Assembly (NCBI GenBank): GCA_027593235.1
Contig: JAQCIU010000001.1
Location: 96,001 to 160,000 of the forward strand
Length of the DNA stretch: 64,000 nucleotides
From: Chloroflexota bacterium
Lineage (GTDB): Bacteria > Chloroflexota > Dehalococcoidia > UBA2979
Direction of reading: 5' to 3'
In this document: positions 49,661 through 59,264 of the stretch, piece after piece
Layout of the letters: each line of letters opens with the position of its first letter
Numbering within the stretch: the stretch's first letter is position 1
Translations under genes and position numbers: made by a program
The notes under the pieces: model-generated
The model's input: only the letters and a program-made list of their open reading frames with translations
Database searches by the model: none
What the model was told of the DNA's origin: nothing

Positions 49661-50197
49661 CTAGAGCGCCGCCCAGCGCTGGGGCCGGCCGCCGTCGAGC
49701 TTGAACCAGCCCTCACCGTCGAGCGCGACGCGGCCGTTGCCCGTCGCATCGAAGTGGATGCCGACACGGTGGAACTTGATGACCACGTCCGAGCCGCTGA
49801 TCGAGAACTCGCCGTTCAGGCCTCGGAAGATCATGGTGCCGTCGTCGTTGCGCCGGTGGGCGCGGGCGGAGACGCGGATCTCGGCGTCGCCGGCGTTGTC
49901 CACGATCGTCACGGAGTAGCCGTGCGCGATGCCGCTCATCGAGATCCGGCCGGCGAGGGCGACGTTGCCGGTGCCGCGAGCCTCGAGGGTGTGCGACTCG
50001 CGGAGTTCGACGCGACCGTCGATGACGCGGTCGGTGACTCGATCGGTGACGCCGTCACGGACACGGTCCGTCTGGCGGTCGGCGGGGCGATCGGTCGCGA
50101 GATCGGTGTCCGCGGAGGCGACGGCGGGTGCCACGGCCGAGAACAGGATTGTGATGCCGACGGCCGGCAACGCGACAAACTTCTGCCATTGCTTCAT
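49661..50197 (-). CDS. Secreted hypothetical protein with TDRx repeats
   Basis: AAGGAG RBS, AVASA signal peptide. Confidence 0.7.
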   Translation of the reverse strand: MKQWQKFVALPAVGITILFSAVAPAVASADTDLATDRPADRQTDRVRDGVTDRVTDRVIDGRVELRESHTLEARGTGNVALAGRISMSGIAHGYSVTIVDNAGDAEIRVSARAHRRNDDGTMIFRGLNGEFSISGSDVVIKFHRVGIHFDATGNGRVALDGEGWFKLDGGRPQRWAAL

Positions 50198-50436
50198 CTG
50201 GGGGTTCTCCTTCGTCCTGTGAGAGCGATTGCGAGGACGGAGGCGTCCCCTTCACGCCCTACAACGGACCGAGCGGCCGCGCGTTCTGGTGGAGAACATA
50301 AGAATCGGACGCGTCTCGAAGCCCGTCGCGACGACGAGGTGCCGCGAAACGACGGTGCGGCCGACCGCGGCGCGTATGAGAGGGCGCGTTGTGGGGCGGC
50401 GGCTGCAGGGCGTCACCCCAGGGAATTGGTGGTGGG

Positions 50437-52348
50437 CTAGCGGGTGAGGGTGCGCGCCTGCGCGCCGGGGACGCAATCCCAGGCCGCCCAGCGGACGCTG
50501 TCGACGCCCTCGATCGTGGCGGGCGTGCACTCGGCCGCGGCGATCGCCTCGATGTCCTTGAGGATGCCGGTGCGGGCGAGTTGGCGGCCGATCAGCAGGT
50601 ACGGGACGTCGCCGCCGCGGATCAGGGCGGTCAGCTCTCCATCCTCGAGGACGGGTACCCGCTGGTAGTTGTTCCAGACGGGGAGGACGGACGCGCCGGT
50701 GTAGGCGATCGCCTCGCCGGCGTCGTTGATACCGCTGATCGCGAAGCGGTAGCGGGCGTCGGGGAGGACGTCCGCGCCGTGTGCCAGGAGCGCCTCGGCG
50801 GGGACGCCGGGCTCGATGTCGGGCGCGGCGACGCCGCGCGCGAACTGGAGCGGGTTGGGGCGGGTGATCTGGCCGCTCGGCGGCGCCTCGAGGGTGATCC
50901 AGGCGGAGGTGATGAGCATGGCGGCGATCGGCGCCGCGATCGCGATGCCGTAGGCGACGCGCTGTACGCGCGCCGGGATCGGGAGGCGCGTGGCGAGGAT
51001 GATGACGCCGACGGCGATCAGTCCGACGCCGATCGTGGCGAACGCGGGGACGCGAATCGGCGTGATGAACTGGTAGACACGCACGCCATAAAGCAGAAGC
51101 AGCCCGAGGATGGCCGGGCCGACCAGCACCTGCCAGTCGCGGCGGATGCTGGCGAGGCGCCCGCGAGCACGCCATACCTCGACGAGACCGACGCCCGCGA
51201 GGACGGCGATCGCCGGCGCATACGCCTCGTTGTAGTGGGCGGCCGCGCGGTTGGAGGCGCTGAAGAAGGCGACGCCGGTCAGCAGCCACGCGCCCCAGAA
51301 GAGCCCGGGACCATCGAGGATCCAGTCGCGCCGGCGGAGTGCGACGAGCGCGAGGCCGCCGAGGGCGAGGCAGACTCCGAAGCCGACGAGCCCGGCGTTG
51401 TCCTGCCGGATCAGGCGGAACGGGCCGCGGTCGCCGACGCCGAACGCCTGTCCGGCGTTACCGCCGCCGGTCTGGCCGGGGAGCGGCGTGAAGACGGTAA
51501 TGTCGCCGGGCAGAACACGCTCCAGGCCGTTATAGCGGAGGGCGAGGCCCAACTCGCTGTTCGATTTGTCGTTCATGACGATCGGGCGGCTGTCCTTCGG
51601 CGTGAGATCGACAACGGCGATCCACGAGAAGGAGACGACGGCGCCGACGAGGGCAGCGGCGGCGAGCGGGCGGACCAGGGTGCGCCATTCCTTACGAAAG
51701 CCCCAGATGATGTAGAGCAGCGCCGCCGGCATCACGATGAAGCCCTCGAAGAACTTCACGTTGAAGAGCACGCCCATCAGCGCGGCCCAGGCGACGATGC
51801 GCCAGGGGCGTTTGCCCTCGACGGCGTCGACGAGCAGCCATGCGGCGGCGACGAGGCCCATCATCAGCATCGCGTCCATGGTGGAGTCGCGGGCGGTGCC
51901 GACGGATTCCGGGAAGACGGCGAGTACGGCGGCAGCGAGCAGGCCGGCGGCGACGGCGGCACGGGAGCCGCCGACGGCGGTGTAGGAGCGGCGCGCCGCA
52001 CCGAAGACGAGCGGGACGGCGATGGTTCCGGCGATCGCGATCGGAGCAATGATCGCGGTGCCGCTAAAGCCGAACAGCTTGGTGGAGATCACCTGCACCC
52101 AGAGCGCGACCGGTGGCTTGTCCACGTTGATCGTGCCGGCCGGGTCATAGGCGGCGTACAGGAAGTTGTGCCAGGACTCGCCCATCGAGCGAATCGCCGA
52201 GGCGTAGAAGAGGTTGCCGAGGCCTGCCCGTTCGATGTCGATCAGGCGCAGCGCGGCGGCGACAGCGGTGATCAGCGCGAGTGCGAGGACCGTCGCCAGC
52301 GTGGCGCGGCGTTCGATGAAGGTGGGCAGCGGGGGCTCCTGAACTCAC
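50437..52348 (-). CDS. ArnT/GT39-like glycosyltransferase; 5' end apparently frameshifted at G5 52331-52335
   Basis: GNLFYASAIRSM, VDKPP, FNVK, YNGLER; in-frame region upstream of 52185 has no ATG/GTG/TTG. Confidence 0.75.
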
Positions 52349-52462
52349 ACCGGTGACGCGACTTCGCGATCGCGATTGTGAGCAGGCCGCCGTTACGAAC
52401 ACATCAGAACGACAACAGAGCGAATACGGGCAGCAGACGGTCGTTTCGCGCGGGCGAGCCGG

Positions 52463-53332
52463 CTAGCCCGCGACGCTTGCCGTCGCGATCAGCACGATCG
52501 TGCCGTCATCCTTCTCGATCCAAGCGAAGACGCCCTCGCGCGACGGATCCTCCTCGGTCGGACCAGTGGCGACGCCCTTGACCGTGACGTGGTCGTTTGG
52601 CCAGGTCGGGTTGGTGAACTTCACGTCGAGCCGTCCGCTGGTCCACCACGGCGCCCCGAAGTGCCCGTCCAGCAGGTGCCCGAGGTAGGACATCGTCATC
52701 CGCCCGCCGACGACCACGTCGCCAAAGCCGAGCGCCTTCGAGGCTTCAAGATCGGTGTGGTAGCTCTTGCTGCCGTGGAAGTACTGGCCGCACATCTCCA
52801 GCGTGACCGATCGATCGAGGGGTGCGAGCGCGTCGCCCTCCGGGACGATGAACTTGCGCGCACCTTCCTTCTTGGTCGGGTCGCGGAACTGGACCTCTTC
52901 GGGCGGTGGGTTGAGGAGGAACGACTGGTGGTGGTTGGAAGTGATCACGGCCTGTCCGTTGGCGTCGACCACCGAGACGGCGGTGTTCACCACCGTGCGG
53001 TCGCGTCGCTCGTAGATCTCCTCGATGGTGGCGTGGGTCTGGTAGGCCCCGTCGACCTGGAGCGGGGCGTGCCACGCCCACTGCTGGCGCATCCAGAGGT
53101 GGCCCTTGTCCTGCCGGAAGCGGCTGTACTCGTGGTAGTTGTCGGCGGCGGTGGCGATCATCGTCGGGACCGGCACGTCGCCGTGATCGAACGGGGCGCG
53201 ATCGAGTTGCAGGCCCTCGAAGTAGTCGCGGAGCAGCGCGGGGGTGACGACCCAGTCGAGCGTGGGAAGCGTCTTGCCGACGCTGGGCTCACCGAGCGGT
53301 GGGGCGGGGCGGTCGCTGGTTTCGGTCGTCAT
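52463..53332 (-). CDS. Double-hotdog MaoC-like dehydratase
   Basis: SYHTD...LGF...GRM, VKFTNPTWP. Confidence 0.75.
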   Translation of the reverse strand: MTTETSDRPAPPLGEPSVGKTLPTLDWVVTPALLRDYFEGLQLDRAPFDHGDVPVPTMIATAADNYHEYSRFRQDKGHLWMRQQWAWHAPLQVDGAYQTHATIEEIYERRDRTVVNTAVSVVDANGQAVITSNHHQSFLLNPPPEEVQFRDPTKKEGARKFIVPEGDALAPLDRSVTLEMCGQYFHGSKSYHTDLEASKALGFGDVVVGGRMTMSYLGHLLDGHFGAPWWTSGRLDVKFTNPTWPNDHVTVKGVATGPTEEDPSREGVFAWIEKDDGTIVLIATASVAG

Positions 53333-53334
53333 GA

Positions 53335-54651
53335 TTGAAGCTCCTCACGGCTGTTTTCCCCGATCGGGAGCGGTTTGTCCAGTACGAGCGTTGTACAGGC
53401 AGCCGGCGCGCGCGACGAGCGGTCCGGTCGCGCTATGGTTCCCGAACCGCGGTTCGGGAACCGCGACGCAGCTTCGGAGCCACGACCATCTGCCGAATCG
53501 TCGCCATTCTGGTGCTTGCCGTGTGCGCGACGCTGGCCGTGGTGGCGCTCGCGGCCTGTGGCGACGAGACGCCGGCCGAGCCGCCGGCGCTGCCGCCGCT
53601 GGAGCTGGCGCCGATCCTCGGAGGCCACGCCTACGCCGAACCGATCGAGGTAGGCGTCTACCCCGGCGATCGCCTGTTCGTGGCGGAACGCGGCGGGCGT
53701 GTGCTGCTGGTCAGCGAGGACGATCCGGACGGCGCGGTGCTCCTCGACATCACCGATCGCGCGGACTCCGACTTCGGCGAGGGCGTGCTGTCGGTCGCCC
53801 TCGATCCCGCCTTCGAGGTCAACGGGTACCTCTGGGTCTACTACTTCGTCGATCCGAAGCCGGACCGGACGTTGCTGTCGCGGTTCACCGTGGTGGACGA
53901 CGCAGCCGATCCGGCCAGCGAGCTGGTGGTGCTGGAATTACAGCAGCCGGGCTTCAACCAGAACGGCGGCGCGATTCGCTTCGGGCCCGCGGACGATCTC
54001 CTCTACCTGAGCCTGGGCGATGGCAGCGCCTCCACCGATCCGTTCGAGAACGGGCAGAACCTGGGCACGCTGCTGGGATCGGTGATCCGGATCGATGTGC
54101 GCGAGTCCTCGGAGGCCGCGCCGTACGCGGTGCCGCCGGACAACCCGTTCGTGGCTACCGAGGGCGCGCGCCCGGAGATCTGGGCCTACGGCCTGCGGAA
54201 CCCCTGGCGGATGGCGTTCGACGCGGAAAGCGGCGAGTTGTGGCTGGGGGATGTGCAGGTCTCGTCGTCCGAGGAGGTCGATCGGGTGTCGCGCGGCGAC
54301 AACCTGGGCTGGCCAATCATGGAGGGCTCCGGGTGCCTGTCGCAGGGCGGGTGCGATCCGACCGGCCTCGTGTTGCCTCGTACGACCTACCCGCACGGCG
54401 AGGGCCGCTGCGCCGTGATCGGTGGGGTCGTCTACCGCGGCGAGGCGATCGAGGCGTTGCGCGGCCGTTACCCCTTCGGCGAGTTCTGTCGCGGCGATAT
54501 CTGGGCGATCGAGCGGGAGGGCGATGCGCCCGCCGAGACGCTGGCGGTGGTGGACGGCAACCCGGTCTCGTTCGGGACGGACGGCGATGGCGAAGTGCTG
54601 ATATTGGAACTGCGCGGCGGCGTGATTTTCCGACTGCAACCCGCCGACTGA
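53335..54651 (+). CDS. PQQ-dependent sugar dehydrogenase-like lipoprotein (start uncertain, likely later)
   Basis: NGG.I.FGP, LGDG, YGLRNPWR, NLGWP. Confidence 0.85.
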   Translation: MKLLTAVFPDRERFVQYERCTGSRRARRAVRSRYGSRTAVREPRRSFGATTICRIVAILVLAVCATLAVVALAACGDETPAEPPALPPLELAPILGGHAYAEPIEVGVYPGDRLFVAERGGRVLLVSEDDPDGAVLLDITDRADSDFGEGVLSVALDPAFEVNGYLWVYYFVDPKPDRTLLSRFTVVDDAADPASELVVLELQQPGFNQNGGAIRFGPADDLLYLSLGDGSASTDPFENGQNLGTLLGSVIRIDVRESSEAAPYAVPPDNPFVATEGARPEIWAYGLRNPWRMAFDAESGELWLGDVQVSSSEEVDRVSRGDNLGWPIMEGSGCLSQGGCDPTGLVLPRTTYPHGEGRCAVIGGVVYRGEAIEALRGRYPFGEFCRGDIWAIEREGDAPAETLAVVDGNPVSFGTDGDGEVLILELRGGVIFRLQPAD

Positions 54652-54790
54652 TCCTGATTCGCGATTTTTGTTGGCGAGCCACACGGGGTCCGGGGGCGAT
54701 CCGGCTGTGTCCATTGCCGCTACTCGGACGCCTCGCTACCGTCGGCTGAGCGCCGCGCCCACCCACGCGTGCCAGGGTTCGAGGCCAATC

Positions 54791-55474
54791 GTGCACTCGC
54801 CACTTCCGCCCGCCCCATTCCGGACGATCCTCCTCGGGCTGTTGATCGCCCTCGGTGGACTCGCGCTTGCGTGCGGTGGGTCGGACGGCGAGCCGACGGC
54901 GCCAGCGCTGACCGCCGAGGAGCAGGTGGTCGCGGACCTCGGGCTGGCCGGTTCGGCGTTCCCGGTGGCGCTCGCGAAGCCCGACTTTGTACTGACGAAC
55001 GCGGCGACCGGCGCGCCATACGACTTCCGCGCGGAGACGGCGGGGCAGGTCACGTTGCTCTACTTCGGCTACACGAACTGCCCGGACGTCTGCCCGGTGC
55101 ACATGGCGAACATCGCCGCCGCACTCGATCAGGCCCCATTCGAGGTGCGCGACGCGGTCCGCGTGGTTTTCGTTGGCGTCGACGCACCTCGCGACAGCGC
55201 GGAGCGGGTCCGCGACTGGCTGGACTTCTTCGATCGCGACTTCATCGGGCTCACCGGCACCGAGGAGGAACTGGCCGCGGCGCAGACGGCGGCGCAGGTG
55301 CCGGTGGCGTTCATCGACAGCGAGTTCGACGGGGGCTATACCGTCGCGCACGCCGGGTGGATCTTCCTCTACACGCGGGACAACCTGGCACACCTCCGCT
55401 ACCCGAGCGGGATCCGCCAGGCCGCCTGGGCGCACGACCTGGAATTGCTGACGACCGAGGGATGGCCATCGTGA
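54791..55474 (+). CDS. SCO-family copper chaperone
   Basis: FGYTNCPDVCP, Y.V.H. Confidence 0.92.
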   Translation: MHSPLPPAPFRTILLGLLIALGGLALACGGSDGEPTAPALTAEEQVVADLGLAGSAFPVALAKPDFVLTNAATGAPYDFRAETAGQVTLLYFGYTNCPDVCPVHMANIAAALDQAPFEVRDAVRVVFVGVDAPRDSAERVRDWLDFFDRDFIGLTGTEEELAAAQTAAQVPVAFIDSEFDGGYTVAHAGWIFLYTRDNLAHLRYPSGIRQAAWAHDLELLTTEGWPS

Positions 55475-56007
55475 TGCCACGCCGCAGTTCGCTGTTGGTC
55501 CCGCTGGCGCTGCTGATCGCCGCGCTGGTCGCCTCGGGCTGCTCGGGGGATGACGATGGCGCCGCCGCCGACGCCACCGTCGCGCGCGGCGCCGTGCTGG
55601 CGGAGACCGCCAACCTCGCGATCTACGACGCGTTCATCCCGGTTCCGGCGACGGATATCGGCGCGCTCTACTTCGAGATGGTGGACACGGACGGTGGTGG
55701 CGACCGGCTACTCGGGGTGACGACCACCGTCGCCGTGATGACCCACTTCCATTCGACCGTGATCGACGGAGACACCTCGCGCATGCTGCCGGTCGCCGGC
55801 GGCATCGTGCTGCCACCGGACGGTGCGACGAAGCTTGCGCCGGGTGGGCTGCACGTGATGCTGATGAACCTCGTCACCCCGCTCACCGCCGGCGACACCG
55901 TCCAGGTGACGCTCCAGTTCGAACGCGCCGGCGCGGTGACGATCGAGGTGCCGGTGCTGCGCTATGAGGACACCGGCATCCTCGGCGGATCGGGCGCCGG
56001 GTCGTGA
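55474..56007 (+). CDS. PCu(A)C copper chaperone
   Basis: H...M...PGGLHVML. Confidence 0.9.
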   Translation: MPRRSSLLVPLALLIAALVASGCSGDDDGAAADATVARGAVLAETANLAIYDAFIPVPATDIGALYFEMVDTDGGGDRLLGVTTTVAVMTHFHSTVIDGDTSRMLPVAGGIVLPPDGATKLAPGGLHVMLMNLVTPLTAGDTVQVTLQFERAGAVTIEVPVLRYEDTGILGGSGAGS

Positions 56008-56053
56008 TCACGCTACGCGCGCTGAGCGAACGGCGTTGCGGACTGGCGCGCCG

Positions 56054-56890
56054 ATGAACGTCGGCTGGTGGTGCTCGGCGCAGAAGGGCCCGTGGTCCTG
56101 GGCGCCGCAATACTTCCCGGGCATCTGGTTGACGATGCTCGCGATCCTCGTGGGCTACGTGTACGCGATCCGTCGCATCGGGCCCTCGAAGGTGGCGGCG
56201 GGCGAGCCGGTGGTGACGCGATCGCAGGTGCTGTCGTTCGCCGTGGGGTACGTGCTGCTCTGGATCGCGACGGACTGGCCGCTGGGCGTGTTGGGCGCGG
56301 GGTACCTGCTGACCGTGCACACGATCCAGTACGTGATGTACTCGCTGATCGTCGCGCCGCTGCTGATCCGAGGCACGCCAATCTGGCTACGCCACGTGGT
56401 GCTGGACGCGCCGGGCCTCGGCTGGGCGCGGGCCCTCGTGGACCGGCCATTCGCGGCCTTCATCCTGTTCAACGTCACGCTCGCGCTGACGCACATGCCG
56501 TTCATCGCGGACCGGCTCAAACCGATCCAGTTCGGCTCGATGGCGATCGACGCGCTCTGGCTGGTCGCGGCGCTGATCTTCTGGTTGGCCCTCGGCACCT
56601 TCGACGAGCGCGAGGGCGCCTCGTCGGCGCACGCGAAGCGGCTGCTCTACGTCATTGGCATCACGCTGCTGCCGACGATCCCAGGCGCGTTCTATGTCTA
56701 CGCCGAGTTCCCGATCTACACGACGTTCGAGTTTGCGACGCGCGCGGTGGGCGATCTGACGGCGAAGGAAGATCAGGTGATCGCGGGCCTGGTGATGTGG
56801 GTCGGGATGACACCGATCCTGCTCTTCCGCCTGTGGCTGGCTTTCTTCGATTGGTCCGCAGCCGAATCAAACCGCGCCGGCGAAGTCTGA
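56054..56890 (+). CDS. CtaG-like cytochrome c oxidase assembly protein
   Basis: DWPLG, HTIQY, DQVIAGLVMW; SCO/PCuAC context. Confidence 0.85.
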   Translation: MNVGWWCSAQKGPWSWAPQYFPGIWLTMLAILVGYVYAIRRIGPSKVAAGEPVVTRSQVLSFAVGYVLLWIATDWPLGVLGAGYLLTVHTIQYVMYSLIVAPLLIRGTPIWLRHVVLDAPGLGWARALVDRPFAAFILFNVTLALTHMPFIADRLKPIQFGSMAIDALWLVAALIFWLALGTFDEREGASSAHAKRLLYVIGITLLPTIPGAFYVYAEFPIYTTFEFATRAVGDLTAKEDQVIAGLVMWVGMTPILLFRLWLAFFDWSAAESNRAGEV

Positions 56891-57015
56891 CCCGCGGCTT
56901 CTACGGCGCCTTCGGCGCGTGACGACCCTTCGGGGGCGTGCCGACGTGGCTCGGCGGTTGCTTCGGGCCTCGAGGGCTGCTTGCTCGTTCGGAGCGGAGC
57001 GCGGGAGCGCGGCTC

Positions 57016-57687
57016 CTAGACCAACTCGTGCTGGGCGGAGACGGCCATCAGGTCGACCTTCGCGCGGAACTCGTCGACGTCGAGGCTCATGATCTGGAGA
57101 TCGTGGAGCTGGCCGTCGCGATCGATGAGCTGGTTGCGGAGGCGTGCTTCGCGTTCGAAGCCGATGTGGCCAAAGACGCGCATCGCCGCCTGCTGGTCGG
57201 TGGTCATCTGCGCGATCATCTTGCGCACGCCACGCTCGCGGGCGAAGGCGAATGCCTGCTCGATCAGCAAGCGGCCGAGCTGCTGTCCGCGCATCCGAGG
57301 GCTGACGAGGATCCGCAGCTCCGCGACGTGGCGCGTCCAGGCGAGGCCGTCCGACGCCACCGTGGCGTAGCCGACGATCTCATTGTCCTTGAGCGCGAGG
57401 ATCGTGAGGTAGCGCGCCGCGGCGATGTCGGCTACCCAGTCGTCGACGACTTCGGGCTGCGTGATGTCACGGCGCAGGAAGAGCAGATCGTGGGGCGGCA
57501 GGCTGTTCGCGAAGACGAGCATCGCCTCGCGGTCGCGGGACTCCATCGGACGGAGACTGATCGGGCCACCGCTCAGTTCGACCGTGGCGGGAAACTCGAA
57601 CGGCTCCAGCCGTTGCGCGGCAGCCTGGTTCGCGACGCGCCAGCTCCGGCCAGCGAGTAGTGACATCAACGTGTCGCCGAATCCCAT
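57016..57687 (-). CDS. GNAT acetyltransferase
   Basis: RGQQLGR, GFEREA. Confidence 0.85.
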   Translation of the reverse strand: MGFGDTLMSLLAGRSWRVANQAAAQRLEPFEFPATVELSGGPISLRPMESRDREAMLVFANSLPPHDLLFLRRDITQPEVVDDWVADIAAARYLTILALKDNEIVGYATVASDGLAWTRHVAELRILVSPRMRGQQLGRLLIEQAFAFARERGVRKMIAQMTTDQQAAMRVFGHIGFEREARLRNQLIDRDGQLHDLQIMSLDVDEFRAKVDLMAVSAQHELV

Positions 57688-57817
57688 CAGGGTGCCTCCC
57701 GCGTCATCGCGCTTATGCATTCAGTATGCGGGTCGGGGGGACGCGACTCGTGCCGGGGTTCACGAGCCGCCGTGCGTCGCTCACCGGCGTCTGACGGCCT
57801 CGGAACCGCCGATCGCG

Positions 57818-58726
57818 CTAACCCTGACTGCGCAGGAACGCGCCGATCTCGAGGATCGCGGCGCGGCTCTCCGGAAGTTCGGGATCGAGCTGCGGGTAGA
57901 TGTGGATGCCGCCGGGCTCGACCGTGACCGTGGTGCGAACGCCGGCCGCGCGCGCCTTGTCGGCGAACTCCAGCGTGTCGTCGAGCAGCACCTCGTGATC
58001 GGCAACCACCAGGTGGATCGGCGGGAAGCCGGCGAGGTCACCGAACAGCGGCGACGCGAGTGGCTGCTTCAGATCGGCGTCGCCCATGTACTGCGTCTGG
58101 AACCCGGCCAGCAGCGCCGGATCAACGAACAACGGATCGATCCCGTGGCGTGACTGGCGCGAGGGGCGGGTGTTGCTGACGTCGGTCCAGGCGGAGATGG
58201 AGAAAGCGGCACTCGGCGCCGGCGCTCCGGAGTCGCGCGCGTTGAGCACCGTGGCGAAGGTGAGGCCGCCACCCGCGGAGTCGCCGCCGATGAAGGAGGC
58301 GCTGGCGGCGGACGCGCCGTCCGGGCCGTTCGTGAGCATCCAGCGGTAAGCGGCGAGCGCGTCATCGACGGCCGCCGGGAAGGGGTGTTCCGGCGCGAGC
58401 CGGTAATCGAGGACCAGCGCGGCGCAGCCGGAGGCGCGGGAGATGTCCGCGGCAAGCCGGCGATGGGTGAGCGCGGAGAGCAGCACGTAGCCGCCACCGT
58501 GGAGGTAGAGGATGCGCCGTGCCGGGTCGGCGCCCGGCGCGACGACCCAGTCGGCGGGGACGCCGCCGGCATCCACGTGGGTGACCGTTACATCCTCGGG
58601 AGCCGGGCGCGCCATCGAGTCCGCGCCGGCACGCATCGTTGCGAGGTCCGGGCGCGGCTGATCGGCGGCAGCCGCCATTTGCTCGGCGCGCGTCTTGAGG
58701 AACGCCTGCATTGCTGGTGAGTTCAT
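57818..58726 (-). CDS. HSL-family alpha/beta hydrolase
   Basis: HGGG, YRLAPEHPFP, GDSAGG. Confidence 0.92.
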   Translation of the reverse strand: MNSPAMQAFLKTRAEQMAAAADQPRPDLATMRAGADSMARPAPEDVTVTHVDAGGVPADWVVAPGADPARRILYLHGGGYVLLSALTHRRLAADISRASGCAALVLDYRLAPEHPFPAAVDDALAAYRWMLTNGPDGASAASASFIGGDSAGGGLTFATVLNARDSGAPAPSAAFSISAWTDVSNTRPSRQSRHGIDPLFVDPALLAGFQTQYMGDADLKQPLASPLFGDLAGFPPIHLVVADHEVLLDDTLEFADKARAAGVRTTVTVEPGGIHIYPQLDPELPESRAAILEIGAFLRSQG

Positions 58727-58826
58727 CCGTCGGGCCTCCTCAGGCGATGCGATGTGAGCGATGCGCGTGCGTGTCCGGCACGTCCGGTAGTGTGACGAGC
58801 GTGATTCTGGCAGACCCGCCGGGATC

Positions 58827-59261
58827 GTGGGAACGGCGATTGGGGCGATTGTGGGCGATCCGGTGGCTTCCGAGGTGGTGGCAGGCGACTTCCTGGGCCT
58901 GATCGGCCTCGTGCCTCGTATCGAGGACGGCGCCCGCGTCTACGAGATCGCGGTCACCTCGGCGCTGATGAACCCCTACGGCGTGCTGCATGGCGGCGTG
59001 GTGTACTCGCTGGCGGACACCAGCATGGGCGGGGCGCTCTCGCCGGAACTGGCGCCGAACGAACGCACCGCGACGATCGAGATCACCATCCACTACCTGG
59101 CTCCCGTCCGCGCCGGCACGATCCGCGCGGAGACGAAGGTGGTGCAACGCGGTCGCCGCGTCGCCACGCTGGAGTCCGACGTGCACAACGTCACCCCCGA
59201 TGGTGAGAGCCGGCTGGTCGCGAAGGCCCTCGGTTCGTTCGCGATCTTCGAGGTCAAATAG
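58827..59261 (+). CDS. PaaI-family thioesterase
   Basis: NPYGVLHGG..LAD. Confidence 0.88.
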   Translation: MGTAIGAIVGDPVASEVVAGDFLGLIGLVPRIEDGARVYEIAVTSALMNPYGVLHGGVVYSLADTSMGGALSPELAPNERTATIEITIHYLAPVRAGTIRAETKVVQRGRRVATLESDVHNVTPDGESRLVAKALGSFAIFEVK

Positions 59262-59264
59262 ACG

